This document shows positions 37,563-47,514 of a stretch of DNA of 64,000 nucleotides, piece by piece; within the stretch, counting starts at the first letter, position 1; each line of letters opens with the position of its first letter. The translations under genes and the position numbers were made by a program. Under the pieces are notes generated by a model. The model was given only the letters and a program-made list of their open reading frames with translations, was not told where the DNA came from and did not search any database. Origin of the DNA: a candidate division FCPU426 bacterium (lineage in GTDB: Bacteria > Oederibacteriota > Muellerivitia > Muellerivitales > Muellerivitaceae). The stretch is from positions 1 to 64,000 of the forward strand of contig CAWKAR010000006.1 in assembly GCA_963847625.1 (NCBI GenBank), read 5' to 3'.

Positions 37563-38918
37563 ATGAAAAATCCAAAAATTCAGTTCTTTCTTTTCTTAAA
37601 CCTCCTTTTATTGCTCCTTCCGGGCTTGGGGAGAACCCAAACAGCGCTGACTTTGGATGAGTGTATTAAGGAAGCCTCCGCCCGCAACCGGGATCTCCTG
37701 TCCGCCGAGCAAACGGTCAAGGCAGCGGAGAATACCAAAGCAGCCAGCCTGGGGCAGTTCTTCCCCCAAATCAACTTGAACGCCTCCATTTCCCGGCAGG
37801 GAGCGGGAGGCCTAAGTGATGCCATCAACGGTGATAGTTGGCGGAGTTCCTCCACACCTCCATACAACTCTCAATACACTGGTCCTTATTTAATTGAAAA
37901 CGGTCCCTCTTTACTAAATTCCAATATATCCTTAAGCGTGCAGCAGGATATTTTTTCCGGCTTCAAGGATTTTGCCGCCGTGGACCAGGCCAACGCCCAG
38001 TTGGACCTGGCACGGGTCCAATTGGTTCAAGCCAAAGCCCAGCTTTCGCACGACTTGAAAAGCAATTTTTACACCCTGCTTTATACCCAAAAGGAGATCG
38101 ACCTTCTCAAGGAAATCCTGGACCGGCAAAAATACAACATGGACCTGGTGGAAATGAACTTCAAGGGCGGCACGGACAACAAGGGGTCTTTCTTGCAGGC
38201 CCAAGCGGCATACGAAGAGGCGAAATACGAATTGAGCCAGGCCCAACGGGCCTTGAAAGTCGCCCAACGACAGTTGGCCCAGGCCCTGGGCCGGAACCAG
38301 CTGGATCCAATCGAGGTTCAGGGTGATTTCGACGTTTCAACCTCGCCGCCCAATTCACCGGACTTTATAAAACTCATCCTCGACACTCCGGCCCATCAGG
38401 AAGCTCTGGCCCAATTGCATTTCTCCGAAAGCGGATACGTGACGGCCCGGAGTGCTTTCTTCCCGACCCTCTCGGCAAACGCCTCCCTCTCCCGAAGCGC
38501 ATGGGATTCCGGGGGAAATCAACCAGGTTGGTCGGCGGGCCTTCAATTGAGCCTTCCCCTCTTTACCGGGGGCAAGGATTGGTTCGACCTCCAAAGCGCC
38601 GAGGAATCAAAAAAAGGAGCCCAAGACTCGTTACAAAGCACGGACTTGAAAACCGAAAGTAATCTGGAAAACGCCTTCGCCTCCTACCAGGACGCTTTCG
38701 AACAAATCGGCGTCTTGCAAACCCAGCTGACGGCCGCCCAGACCCAGGAGGAAATCGCCAAGGCCGAATACCTGAACGGCCTCCTCATTTTCGTGAACTG
38801 GAACCAGATTGAAAATTCTTTAACCACCCAGGAAAAAGCCCAGTTGTCCGGATTTTTAAGTTTGGAAACAGCCAAGGCCAATTGGGAATTAACCGAAGGA
38901 AAGGGAGTGATACCATGA
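37563..38918 (+). CDS. TolC-family outer membrane efflux protein
   Basis: LTLDECIKEA start, two OEP halves (FPQINLNAS and FPTLSANAS) and LSLPLFTGG. Confidence 0.9.
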   Translation: MKNPKIQFFLFLNLLLLLLPGLGRTQTALTLDECIKEASARNRDLLSAEQTVKAAENTKAASLGQFFPQINLNASISRQGAGGLSDAINGDSWRSSSTPPYNSQYTGPYLIENGPSLLNSNISLSVQQDIFSGFKDFAAVDQANAQLDLARVQLVQAKAQLSHDLKSNFYTLLYTQKEIDLLKEILDRQKYNMDLVEMNFKGGTDNKGSFLQAQAAYEEAKYELSQAQRALKVAQRQLAQALGRNQLDPIEVQGDFDVSTSPPNSPDFIKLILDTPAHQEALAQLHFSESGYVTARSAFFPTLSANASLSRSAWDSGGNQPGWSAGLQLSLPLFTGGKDWFDLQSAEESKKGAQDSLQSTDLKTESNLENAFASYQDAFEQIGVLQTQLTAAQTQEEIAKAEYLNGLLIFVNWNQIENSLTTQEKAQLSGFLSLETAKANWELTEGKGVIP

Positions 38919-39925
38919 AGAGGCCGCGGAAAGTCCACATACCACAGGCGATAGTCTTCCTGTTATTAATAACATGCGTTTTAACGGCGGGCTGTTCCAG
39001 TGGGAAGAAAAGCAAAGGCGGAAGCTTCCGGGCGGTCCAGGTCGTCAAGGATGACCTTCAAATCACGGTTCTTTCCACGGGCAATGTCCAACCCCAAAAC
39101 CAGTTGGCTGTTTATTCCCCCATCGCCGGACGCATCGAGAAAATCCTGATCAAGGAAGGCGATACTGTCCGCAAAGGCCAAAAGTTGATGGAGTTGAGTT
39201 CCACTGAAAGGGCTACTTTGTTAGACGAGGCCGCCGCCCAAGGGCCCACACAGTTGGCCTATTGGCAGCAGTTGTACCAGGAAACACCTCTGCTTTCGCC
39301 CGAAACCGGCCAGGTCATTTACCTGCCCACTGTGCCGGGCCAGATCGTCGGCACGAGCGTAACCCTCATGGTCATGTCCGACCATTTGATCGTCAACACC
39401 CAGGTGGACGAGACCGACCTTGCGCAAATCAAGAAGGACCAGGAAGCTACCATTACCTTGGATGCCTATCCCAGCGATCCCATCGACGGAAAAGTCCGTC
39501 GGATTTCTTACCAATCCACCTTGGTCAACAATGTCACCACCTATGAGGTGGATGTCTGGCCCGCCAAGGTTCCCACCTTCATGCGAAGCGGCATGACCGC
39601 CAATGTGGTTTTCAACGTGAACGAAAAGGATGACATCCTCTTGATCCCTTCCGAGGCCATCCAGCAAACCCCCGACGGACAGACCTACGTCCTCAAGGGG
39701 GCTGGCCAACCCAACAGCATGCCCCAAACCGTGGTGATCCAAACCGGGTTGACCGACGGAAAACAAACCGAGGTCACTTCCGGACTCCAGGAAGGCGACA
39801 AGATCCTCATCAAAACCTTCACCGCGGGACTTGTGGCGGCCCCGACCGCCGGGACCAACCCCTTCATGCCTAACATGCGGGGCGGCGCTACCAGGCCCAG
39901 CGGTGGCGGAGGCGGCGGCAGATAA
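38915..39925 (+). CDS. MacA-like periplasmic adaptor (lipoprotein), copy 1
   Basis: LTAGC lipobox, GRIEKILIKEGDTVRKGQ, VDETDL and RSGMTANV motifs. ATGA overlap with tolC. Confidence 0.9.
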   Translation: MKRPRKVHIPQAIVFLLLITCVLTAGCSSGKKSKGGSFRAVQVVKDDLQITVLSTGNVQPQNQLAVYSPIAGRIEKILIKEGDTVRKGQKLMELSSTERATLLDEAAAQGPTQLAYWQQLYQETPLLSPETGQVIYLPTVPGQIVGTSVTLMVMSDHLIVNTQVDETDLAQIKKDQEATITLDAYPSDPIDGKVRRISYQSTLVNNVTTYEVDVWPAKVPTFMRSGMTANVVFNVNEKDDILLIPSEAIQQTPDGQTYVLKGAGQPNSMPQTVVIQTGLTDGKQTEVTSGLQEGDKILIKTFTAGLVAAPTAGTNPFMPNMRGGATRPSGGGGGGR

Positions 39926-39999
39926 TCAGCTGACACTTAGCAACTTCCATTTGCACATGCAGCCTTACTGCCAATCACGAACTGGTTTCAGGAGTTAAT

Positions 40000-41976
40000 T
40001 TGAGCGTCATCGAAATCACCGACATCCATAAGGTTTACAAAATGGGCGACACCGAGGTGCGCGCGCTCAACGGGGTTTCCTTGCGGGTGGAGCCCGGCGA
40101 GTTCGTCGCCATCATGGGCCCCTCGGGTTCAGGCAAGTCCACCATGCTTCAGATCCTGGGGCTCCTGGACACGCCCGACTCCGGTTCCTACAGGCTCCTC
40201 GGGAGGGAAGTTTCCACCTTGAAAGAGGATGAGCTGGCGGCCGTCCGCAGCCAGACCCTGGGCTTCATCTTCCAGATGTTCAACCTCCTGGCCCGCACCC
40301 CGGCCCTGGAAAACGCCTCCCTCCCCCTGCTTTACGCCAATCCCGACGCCCCCCATGGCGACCCCAAACAAATCCTGGTGGAGGTGGGGCTGGGTGACCG
40401 CGAGCACCACAAGCCCAACGAGCTCTCCGGGGGCCAGCAGCAGCGCGTGGCCATCGCCCGGGCGCTGGTGAACCGCCCGCGTTTGATCCTCGCCGACGAG
40501 CCCACCGGGAACCTGGATTCCAAGAGTTCCGAGGAAATCATCCAGCTCCTCGAGAAAATGAACGAAAGCGGCATCACGGTCGTCATGGTCACCCACGAGC
40601 CCGACATCGCCGAGCATGCCCGCCGGATCATCCACATGAAGGACGGGAAAATCCAATCGGACGAGATCAACCCCCGTTCCAAGGCGGTCGCTCCCTCGAC
40701 GTCAAAAACGGAATTTTCACAGGATCAATTCAAATTCCACTCAACTTTCAACCTCCGGCAGGTCCGGGAGTATTTCAGCCAGGCCCTCCGGGCCCTCATG
40801 GCCAACAAGGTGCGTTCGGGCCTTTCGGTTTTGGGCATCCTCATCGGGGTGGGCGCCGTCATCGCCATGCTGGCGGTGGGGGCGGGCGCCCAAAAATCAC
40901 TCGAGCAGAGGCTGGCCTCCCTGGGGACCAATCTTCTGATGTTGAGGCCCGGTTCCATCGCCGTGGGTGGGGTCCAACAGGGTTTGGGCGGCACCAGCCG
41001 CATCACCCTCCAGGACGCCGAGGCGGTCGCCAAGGTGCCCATGGTAAGCAAGATTGCCCCTGAAATTTCTGGCCGCGTCCAGGCCACCTACGCCGACAAA
41101 AACTGGAACACCCAGGTGACGGGGACCACGCCCAATTACGCCCCTATGCGGGCCGCCATTCCCATTTACGGCCGATTCATCACCAAGGACGACGTCCAAA
41201 AACGCAACCGGGTCTGCCTGCTGGGCTTGACCGTCATCCAGAAGCTTTTCGGGAACAACGCCAGCCCCATCGGCGAATTGATCAAGATCAACCGCGTGAG
41301 TTTCCAGGTCATTGGGGTCTTGCCCGTCAAGGGTTCCAACGGGTTCCAGGATCAGGATGATACCATCGTGGTCCCGGTCACCACCGCCATGTACCGCCTC
41401 TTCGGCCGGGAGTACGTGAACATGGTGGACATCGAGGCGGACAGTCCGCAGGATACCGGCCCCGCCTGCGACGCCGTGCAGGCCTTCATGATGAAGCTCA
41501 AGCACATCCCCAACCTTCCGACCAATCAGGACGCCTTCCAGGTGAGGAACATGGCCGACATTCAGTCGGCCTTGAGCGCCTCCACCCAGATCATGACCGT
41601 TCTTTTATCCTGCATTGCCGCCATTTCCCTTTTGGTGGGCGGTATCGGCATCATGAACATCATGCTGGTGTCCGTAACCGAGCGCACAAGGGAAATCGGC
41701 CTTCGCAAGGCCATCGGAGCCAGGCGGATGGACATCCTTTCCCAATTCCTCATCGAATCCGTGGCCGTCAGCCTGATGGGGGGCATCATCGGCATCATCT
41801 TAGGTTGGCTGACTACCCTCATGATCTCCCACTTCGCGGGCTGGGCGACCATCGTGAGCGTCAATTCCATCATTCTGGCTTCCGGATTCTCGATCCTCGT
41901 GGGAATGGTTTTCGGCATTTGGCCGGCCTACAAGGCCTCCCGGCTGAGCCCCATCCTGGCCCTGCGGTACGAATAG
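40000..41976 (+). CDS. macB: MacB-family ABC transporter, fused ATPase/permease, copy 1
   Basis: GPSGSGKST, LSGGQQQR, LADEPTGNLD and GGIGIMNIMLVSVTERTREIGLRKAIGA motifs. Confidence 0.92.
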   Translation: MSVIEITDIHKVYKMGDTEVRALNGVSLRVEPGEFVAIMGPSGSGKSTMLQILGLLDTPDSGSYRLLGREVSTLKEDELAAVRSQTLGFIFQMFNLLARTPALENASLPLLYANPDAPHGDPKQILVEVGLGDREHHKPNELSGGQQQRVAIARALVNRPRLILADEPTGNLDSKSSEEIIQLLEKMNESGITVVMVTHEPDIAEHARRIIHMKDGKIQSDEINPRSKAVAPSTSKTEFSQDQFKFHSTFNLRQVREYFSQALRALMANKVRSGLSVLGILIGVGAVIAMLAVGAGAQKSLEQRLASLGTNLLMLRPGSIAVGGVQQGLGGTSRITLQDAEAVAKVPMVSKIAPEISGRVQATYADKNWNTQVTGTTPNYAPMRAAIPIYGRFITKDDVQKRNRVCLLGLTVIQKLFGNNASPIGELIKINRVSFQVIGVLPVKGSNGFQDQDDTIVVPVTTAMYRLFGREYVNMVDIEADSPQDTGPACDAVQAFMMKLKHIPNLPTNQDAFQVRNMADIQSALSASTQIMTVLLSCIAAISLLVGGIGIMNIMLVSVTERTREIGLRKAIGARRMDILSQFLIESVAVSLMGGIIGIILGWLTTLMISHFAGWATIVSVNSIILASGFSILVGMVFGIWPAYKASRLSPILALRYE

Positions 41977-42077
41977 CTTTTCTTTTCGGTCATTTCGGGA
42001 GGTTTCTCTCCTTCTCCACCGCAGGAAATCCGGCGTCATGTATAATTTGCGGACCCTATGAGGAAAGGTTTTGAATC

Positions 42078-43025
42078 ATGAGAAAGGGTTTGTTATGGAT
42101 CGGGCTGCCGGTCCTTCTCGCAGTCCTGGCGGTATGCCTTTATTTCATGTTCCGGCCGAAAAAAGCCCCGGTGGCCTACCATGCCGTCCAGGTAGTGAAG
42201 GGGGACCTCCAGGCGACGGTGCTTTCCACGGGAGTGGTCCAGCCCGAGAACCGCTTGGAAATCAAGCCGCCCGTCGCGGGCCGCATCGAGAAAGTGTTCG
42301 TGAAGGAGGGCCAGAAACTTGAAAAGAACCAGGTGCTGGCCCGCATGAGCGGCGGTGAGCGCGCCCTTTTATTGGACGCGGCCCGGACCCAGGGCCCGGC
42401 GTCCGTGGCCTATTGGTCCTCCTTCTACAAACCCATCCCGATCCTGGCGCCGCTGGATGGCGTGCTTATCAAAAGGAATATCCAGCCGGGCCAAACCGTG
42501 GGCACGGGGGACACCCTGCTGGTCATGTCCGACCATCTCATCGTGAGCGCCCAGGTGGACGAGACCGACCTGGCGCGCATCCAGGTGGGCCAGGAGGCGG
42601 TCCTCACGCTGGACGCCTATCCGGGCCAGCCGGTGGAGGCGGCCGTGGACCAGATCGCCTTTGAGGCCCAGACCGTGAACAACGTGACCGTTTACAACGT
42701 GGACGTCCTTCCCAAGAAGGTGCCCTCTTTCATGCGAAGCGGCATGACGGCCAACGCCACCTTCATCATCGCCAAAAAGAAAGGCGTCCCGGTTTTGCCT
42801 TTCGAGGCCATCAGCCACGAGAACGGCAAGGCCGTCGTGCTGGTGGCCGATCCGGCCCATCCCGAAAAACCCGTAAAAAAGGAAATCACCACGGGCATCA
42901 CGGACGGCCAAAAAGTCGAGGTCGTGGAGGGCTTGAAGGAAGGCGATTCGGTCCAGGTCCTCGAGGGTTCCATCGGGGGCGGGCCCAACCCGGTCCCGCC
43001 TTGGGAACGGAAAACCGCGAAGTAA
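42078..43025 (+). CDS. MacA-like periplasmic adaptor (N-terminal TM anchor), copy 2
   Basis: Clear paralog of 38915-39925 (MSDHLIV..QVDETDLA and FMRSGMTAN shared). Confidence 0.9.
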   Translation: MRKGLLWIGLPVLLAVLAVCLYFMFRPKKAPVAYHAVQVVKGDLQATVLSTGVVQPENRLEIKPPVAGRIEKVFVKEGQKLEKNQVLARMSGGERALLLDAARTQGPASVAYWSSFYKPIPILAPLDGVLIKRNIQPGQTVGTGDTLLVMSDHLIVSAQVDETDLARIQVGQEAVLTLDAYPGQPVEAAVDQIAFEAQTVNNVTVYNVDVLPKKVPSFMRSGMTANATFIIAKKKGVPVLPFEAISHENGKAVVLVADPAHPEKPVKKEITTGITDGQKVEVVEGLKEGDSVQVLEGSIGGGPNPVPPWERKTAK

Positions 43026-43056
43026 AATCCCATTTCACCCACCGGAAGCTGATCCC

Positions 43057-45027
43057 ATGATCCAAATCTCCAACCTCTCGAAAGTCTACCAAATGGGCCA
43101 GGAGGAAGTCCGCGCCCTGGACGGCGTTTCCCTGTCCATCGGGGAGGGCGAATTCGTGGCCATCATGGGCTTATCCGGCTCGGGCAAATCCACCTTATTG
43201 CATATATTGGGCTTGCTCGACACCCCGGATTCCGGCTCCTACCGCTTGATGGGAAAGGAAGTCGCCAACCTGAGCGAGGATGACCTGGCCTCCATTAGAA
43301 GCCAGACCATTGGGTTCGTCTTCCAACAATTCAACCTTCTGCCCCGGACCTCCGCGCTGGAAAACGCCTCCCTCCCCCAGTTGTACGCCTCCTCCCCCGC
43401 GAGCCCGGAACGCCCGCGGAATCTGCTCGCCGAGGTGGGCCTGGAAGCCCGCTCCGCCCACAAACCCAACGAGCTTTCGGGGGGCCAGCAGCAGCGCGTG
43501 GCCATCGCGCGGGCCCTGGTGAACCGCCCGGTCATGATCCTCGCCGACGAGCCCACGGGGAACCTGGACACGAAAAGTTCCTTTGAGATCCTGGAGCTCC
43601 TGCAAAAGCTCAACCAGGAGGGCATCACGGTCATCCTGGTGACCCACGAGCCCACCATCGCCCAACACGCCAGCCGCATCATCCACATCAAGGACGGGCG
43701 GATCGACTCGGACGAAAGGTTGAAGCCGGGAACACCCAGCCCCGCCCCAAAACCGGTCCCGGAACGGGTGGATTCCATCGGTTCCGCACGCGCGTCCGGC
43801 CCGAATCCCGTCAAGTATCTCAAGTTCTTCCTCCAGGCCCTGCGTTCCCTGCGGGCCAACAAACTGCGCACGGCGCTTTCGGTATTGGGGGTCCTCATCG
43901 GCGTCATGGTGGTGATCGCCATGATGGCCATGGGCGCCGGGGCCAAGATTTCCCTCCAAAGGGCCATCGCCACCCTGGGCGCCAACGTGATCCAGATCCA
44001 GCCGGGCACGCGCAATATCAGGGGCGTTTCCCTGGGTTGGTGGGACCCCATGACGCGCCTGACCCTGGCGGACTGCCAGGAGGCGGGCCGTTCCATTTCC
44101 CACGTCAAAAGCACGGCCCCCGAGGTCTGGGGCAAGGTGCAGGTGACCTACGGGGACAAGAATTGGAACACCTATTTGATCGGCACGACCCCCGCCTTCG
44201 CGCCCATGAAGGCCTCCGAGCCCACGGCCGGGAATTTTTTCACCGAGGACGACATCCTGCAAAGGAACAAGGTGGCCCTCCTGGGCATGACGAACGTACG
44301 CCAGCTTTTCGGCAAGGAAAACCCCATCGGCGCCAACATCAAGATCAACAAGATCAACTTCCAGGTCATCGGGGTGCTTCCGGAAAAAGGCGCCAACGCC
44401 TGGTGGGACTCGGACGACAATATCCTGGTGCCGGTCTCCACCGCCATGTACCGGGTCCTTGGCCAGCAGTTCATCGGCGTCATCGACGTGGAGGTGGACG
44501 CGCCGGAACACATCCCGGCCGTCAAGGACTCCGCCAAGGACCTGATGCTCCAGCGCCACCACATCCCCTCCACCCAGGACAAGGCCTTTCGGATCAACGA
44601 CATGGCGGACTACCAGAACGCCATGTCCCAGGGCAACACCACCCTTTCCATCCTGATCCTGGGCATCGCGTTTTTCTGCCTCCTGGTGGGCGGCATCGGC
44701 ATCATGAACATCATGTTGGTGACGGTCACGGAAAGGACCCGGGAGATCGGCCTGCGAAAGGCCGTGGGCGCCAAGCGCCGGGACATCCTGTTCCAGTTCC
44801 TCATCGAATCCGTGGTCGTGAGCCTGATGGGTGGGGTGATCGGCATCCTCCTGGGCTGGCTCGCGGCGGTGATTTTCAGCCGGATCGTCGACTGGCAGGC
44901 GCCCGTGACCCTGGGCGCGATCCTTCTGGGGTTCCTCTTTTCGGTGGGGGTGGGCGTCGCAGCGGGCTTCTGGCCCGCTTTTAAGGCCTCGCGCCTGAAC
45001 CCCATCGACGCCCTGAGGTACGAATAG
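43057..45027 (+). CDS. macB: MacB-family ABC transporter, fused ATPase/permease, copy 2
   Basis: Same Walker, signature and FtsX motifs as copy 1; ends ASRLNPIDALRYE. Confidence 0.92.
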   Translation: MIQISNLSKVYQMGQEEVRALDGVSLSIGEGEFVAIMGLSGSGKSTLLHILGLLDTPDSGSYRLMGKEVANLSEDDLASIRSQTIGFVFQQFNLLPRTSALENASLPQLYASSPASPERPRNLLAEVGLEARSAHKPNELSGGQQQRVAIARALVNRPVMILADEPTGNLDTKSSFEILELLQKLNQEGITVILVTHEPTIAQHASRIIHIKDGRIDSDERLKPGTPSPAPKPVPERVDSIGSARASGPNPVKYLKFFLQALRSLRANKLRTALSVLGVLIGVMVVIAMMAMGAGAKISLQRAIATLGANVIQIQPGTRNIRGVSLGWWDPMTRLTLADCQEAGRSISHVKSTAPEVWGKVQVTYGDKNWNTYLIGTTPAFAPMKASEPTAGNFFTEDDILQRNKVALLGMTNVRQLFGKENPIGANIKINKINFQVIGVLPEKGANAWWDSDDNILVPVSTAMYRVLGQQFIGVIDVEVDAPEHIPAVKDSAKDLMLQRHHIPSTQDKAFRINDMADYQNAMSQGNTTLSILILGIAFFCLLVGGIGIMNIMLVTVTERTREIGLRKAVGAKRRDILFQFLIESVVVSLMGGVIGILLGWLAAVIFSRIVDWQAPVTLGAILLGFLFSVGVGVAAGFWPAFKASRLNPIDALRYE

Positions 45028-45115
45028 CTTTTACCTTCATTTTGAAGGGATTTTCTCCTTCATCCTCCCCTGGAAATGGCTATATTAACGTTTGCTTTTT
45101 CAATGAAGGTCGTCG

Positions 45116-46942
45116 GTGCGGCCTTTCATCAACCAAAGGAACAATGTGAGACTTCCCAAACCCAGTTTTTTAGCGGTTAAATTTCTAATGGTGGTCCTGG
45201 TACCTGTGGCCGCCTATCTCTGGATGAGCCAGGATATCCTGAAACGCCAAATCCAGACCGTGGTCACCAACGATCCGGAAATCACCCTTTCCCGCGGCCT
45301 TTCCACCGTCAAAATCGCCCTCAACCAGTTCCAGTCCGAGGTGCTCCTCAGGACCACGCGCCTGGCCGGCAAGGAAAAGCTCCGGGAGTTGATGACCGCC
45401 AAAAAAGTAAAACTTTCCAAGATCCAGTCTTTTCTGGCCGGGTCCACGACGCCGGATTCGGCCCCCCTGCTCGTCTTGGCCGACAAGGATGGCCTGGCCC
45501 TTTTCAACAGCCTGGCGACACCCACCCCGGCTCCCGAGGTCCAACCCACCCCGACCCCCCAAAAGAAAAAATCCAGGAAATCCTCCCATAAATCCACCAA
45601 GACTCCTGCGCCGCCCCTTCCTTCCGTCAGGGACATACCCGGGATCGACGAGGCGCTTCACGGCGTTCCCTCCGCCGGGATCCTGCCCTACCAGGACAAG
45701 TTTTATTTCGCCGCCTCGGTCCCCGTGTCACTCTCCTCCAAGAAAACGGGGGCCCTGATGATCGGCATTCCTTTTGACAGCCAGACGGCGGAGGACCTGA
45801 AGAAGTCCATCCAAAACGACCTGGTTTTTTACTCCCAGGGCCGGGTCCGCTTCTCCACTTTGGCGGCGACCGTTGAAGGCGGAATCGAAAAAGACTTGTC
45901 CGACTCCGGATGGAAGGATTCCGGGACTCCTCCCTCCATGCCCCTGACCGTCAACCAGGCGCCTTGCGCCTGGAACGCCCTCACCGTGAAGGACATCCGC
46001 GGCCAGGATCTGGGCTCGTTGCTTCTCTTCCAACCCATCCAGCAGAAAACCACGCTAGTGGGCGATCCCCAGAAAGAAATCCTGAAGTGGGGCATCGTAT
46101 TGCTACTTTTTCTAATCTTGCTGGTCTCCCTCTTGACCCGGGACATCCTCCGGACTCTCGACGAGTTGGACGAAGCCGCCGGAAAAATCAGGGATGGGAA
46201 CCGGGAGCCTTCCCTTCCCTTGCGCAGGAGGGACGAGCTGGGTTCGCTGGCCCGGTCCCTCGGGGACATGGTGGAAGGTTTGAAGGAGAAGGACCGCATG
46301 GCGCTTGTCCTGGGCAAGGTGGTTTCCCCCCAAGCGGCTAAGAAGATCCTGGCCGAGAAGGACTACTTCGCGCTCAAGGGCGAGAGGCGGGAATGCACGC
46401 TGATGCAGGCCGACCTCAGGGGGTTCCATATCCTTTCCGGGAACATGAAACCCGGGGACCTGGTGGAGGCCTTGAACCAGTATTTCGAGATCATCAACCA
46501 GGTGGTCTTCAAGTACGAGGGCATGCTGGACAAGTTCGCCGGGGGGACCGCCCTCTCGGTTTGGGGGGCGCCCTTCACCCACGAGGACAAGGAACTCCGG
46601 GCCGTCCAGGCCGCCCTGGAAATCCAGGAGTCCCTGAGGGAATTCAACATCTCCCGCCTCCAAAAGGGCCAGCCGCCCTTCAACCTGGCCATCGGAATCC
46701 ACACGGGAACCGTGGTGTCCGGGAACCTGGGATCGCATCAACGGTGCGATTACAGCGTCATCGGAGAGGCCCTGCAGGTGGCATCCCGCCTCTGTGCCAT
46801 GGCCTCGCCCACCCAGGTCCTCGTAACGGAGGAAACCTACCGGAAGATCAGGACCCGGGTGTCGGCCAACCCTATGAATCCGGTGGCCGTCCAGGGTTCC
46901 ATCGAGCCCCTCCCAACCTGGGAAATCACGAAGCTGATTTAA
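45116..46942 (+). CDS. Membrane HAMP-domain class III adenylate/guanylate cyclase homologue (active site degenerate)
   Basis: TM, periplasmic sensor, TM, HAMP (RRDELGSLARS), then ADLRGF, LDKF, IGIHTG.V..GNLG and ASRL. Start uncertain. Confidence 0.88.
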   Translation: MRPFINQRNNVRLPKPSFLAVKFLMVVLVPVAAYLWMSQDILKRQIQTVVTNDPEITLSRGLSTVKIALNQFQSEVLLRTTRLAGKEKLRELMTAKKVKLSKIQSFLAGSTTPDSAPLLVLADKDGLALFNSLATPTPAPEVQPTPTPQKKKSRKSSHKSTKTPAPPLPSVRDIPGIDEALHGVPSAGILPYQDKFYFAASVPVSLSSKKTGALMIGIPFDSQTAEDLKKSIQNDLVFYSQGRVRFSTLAATVEGGIEKDLSDSGWKDSGTPPSMPLTVNQAPCAWNALTVKDIRGQDLGSLLLFQPIQQKTTLVGDPQKEILKWGIVLLLFLILLVSLLTRDILRTLDELDEAAGKIRDGNREPSLPLRRRDELGSLARSLGDMVEGLKEKDRMALVLGKVVSPQAAKKILAEKDYFALKGERRECTLMQADLRGFHILSGNMKPGDLVEALNQYFEIINQVVFKYEGMLDKFAGGTALSVWGAPFTHEDKELRAVQAALEIQESLREFNISRLQKGQPPFNLAIGIHTGTVVSGNLGSHQRCDYSVIGEALQVASRLCAMASPTQVLVTEETYRKIRTRVSANPMNPVAVQGSIEPLPTWEITKLI

Positions 46943-47096
46943 CAGGCTCCTGAAACCATTAGAAGTTATCCCCGACGAAGTGCTGTCATAACCAAATTAA
47001 TTGGATAAAACAGCCATTTCATAGGTTTGGTTAAGGCAACCATCTCCGGTAAAAAGTCCCTCCCGAAAATATTTTTAAAAAAGACTTGCGTACTAA

Positions 47097-47119
47097 GTGT
47101 ACTAGTGATATTAGTACAC
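47097..47119. promoter_or_regulatory. YtrA-type GntR operator palindrome
   Basis: GTGTACTA-N7-TAGTACAC with perfect 8 bp arms, 2 bp before the gntR ATG. Fits the TGTA..TACA pattern known for the YtrA subfamily. Confidence 0.8.
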
Positions 47120-47121
47120 CT

Positions 47122-47514
47122 ATGCTTCCTTTTCATATCCAACTCAAACCCGGATTGGCCGTTTCCGAGCAGATCCTTTTCGCGGTCAAAAAGGCCGTGG
47201 TGGGGGGCCAAATGAAGCCGGGTGACCGGTTTCCCTCGGTGCGGCAGATCAGCCTGGAGCTGAAAATCAACCCCAACACCGCCCATAAGGTCGTGGCCGC
47301 ACTAGTGCAGGAAGGCGTGCTCCAGGTCATGCCGGGCATTGGCACCGTCGTGGCGGACCCCGAGAAAGGAAGCCGGAAGGATCAGGACAGGCTTTTGGAG
47401 GAGGACCTGGAAAAACTAGTAGTGGAGGCCAAATCCTTGGGCCTCAGTCTGGATGAAGTTAATGAATATTTAAAAAAACATTGGAACCGTTTGAAAAGGG
47501 GGGGCAAGCCATGA
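47122..47514 (+). CDS. GntR-family regulator, YtrA subfamily
   Basis: PGDRFPSVRQISLELKINPNTAHKV wHTH with a short C-terminus, heading an ABC operon. Confidence 0.92.
   Translation: MLPFHIQLKPGLAVSEQILFAVKKAVVGGQMKPGDRFPSVRQISLELKINPNTAHKVVAALVQEGVLQVMPGIGTVVADPEKGSRKDQDRLLEEDLEKLVVEAKSLGLSLDEVNEYLKKHWNRLKRGGKP

Noticed and set aside
43195..44562. Long antisense or alternate-frame ORFs (also 6643-7791, 23997-25028, 34613-35401, 62941-63585)
   Set aside because: They are shadows of well-supported genes in GC-rich or repetitive DNA and have no recognisable motifs.
46986..47037. Integron attC-like site (taaccaaa...tttggtta)
   Set aside because: The ends do not fit RYYYAAC/GTTRRRY, there are no inner L boxes, and there is no integrase or cassette array.
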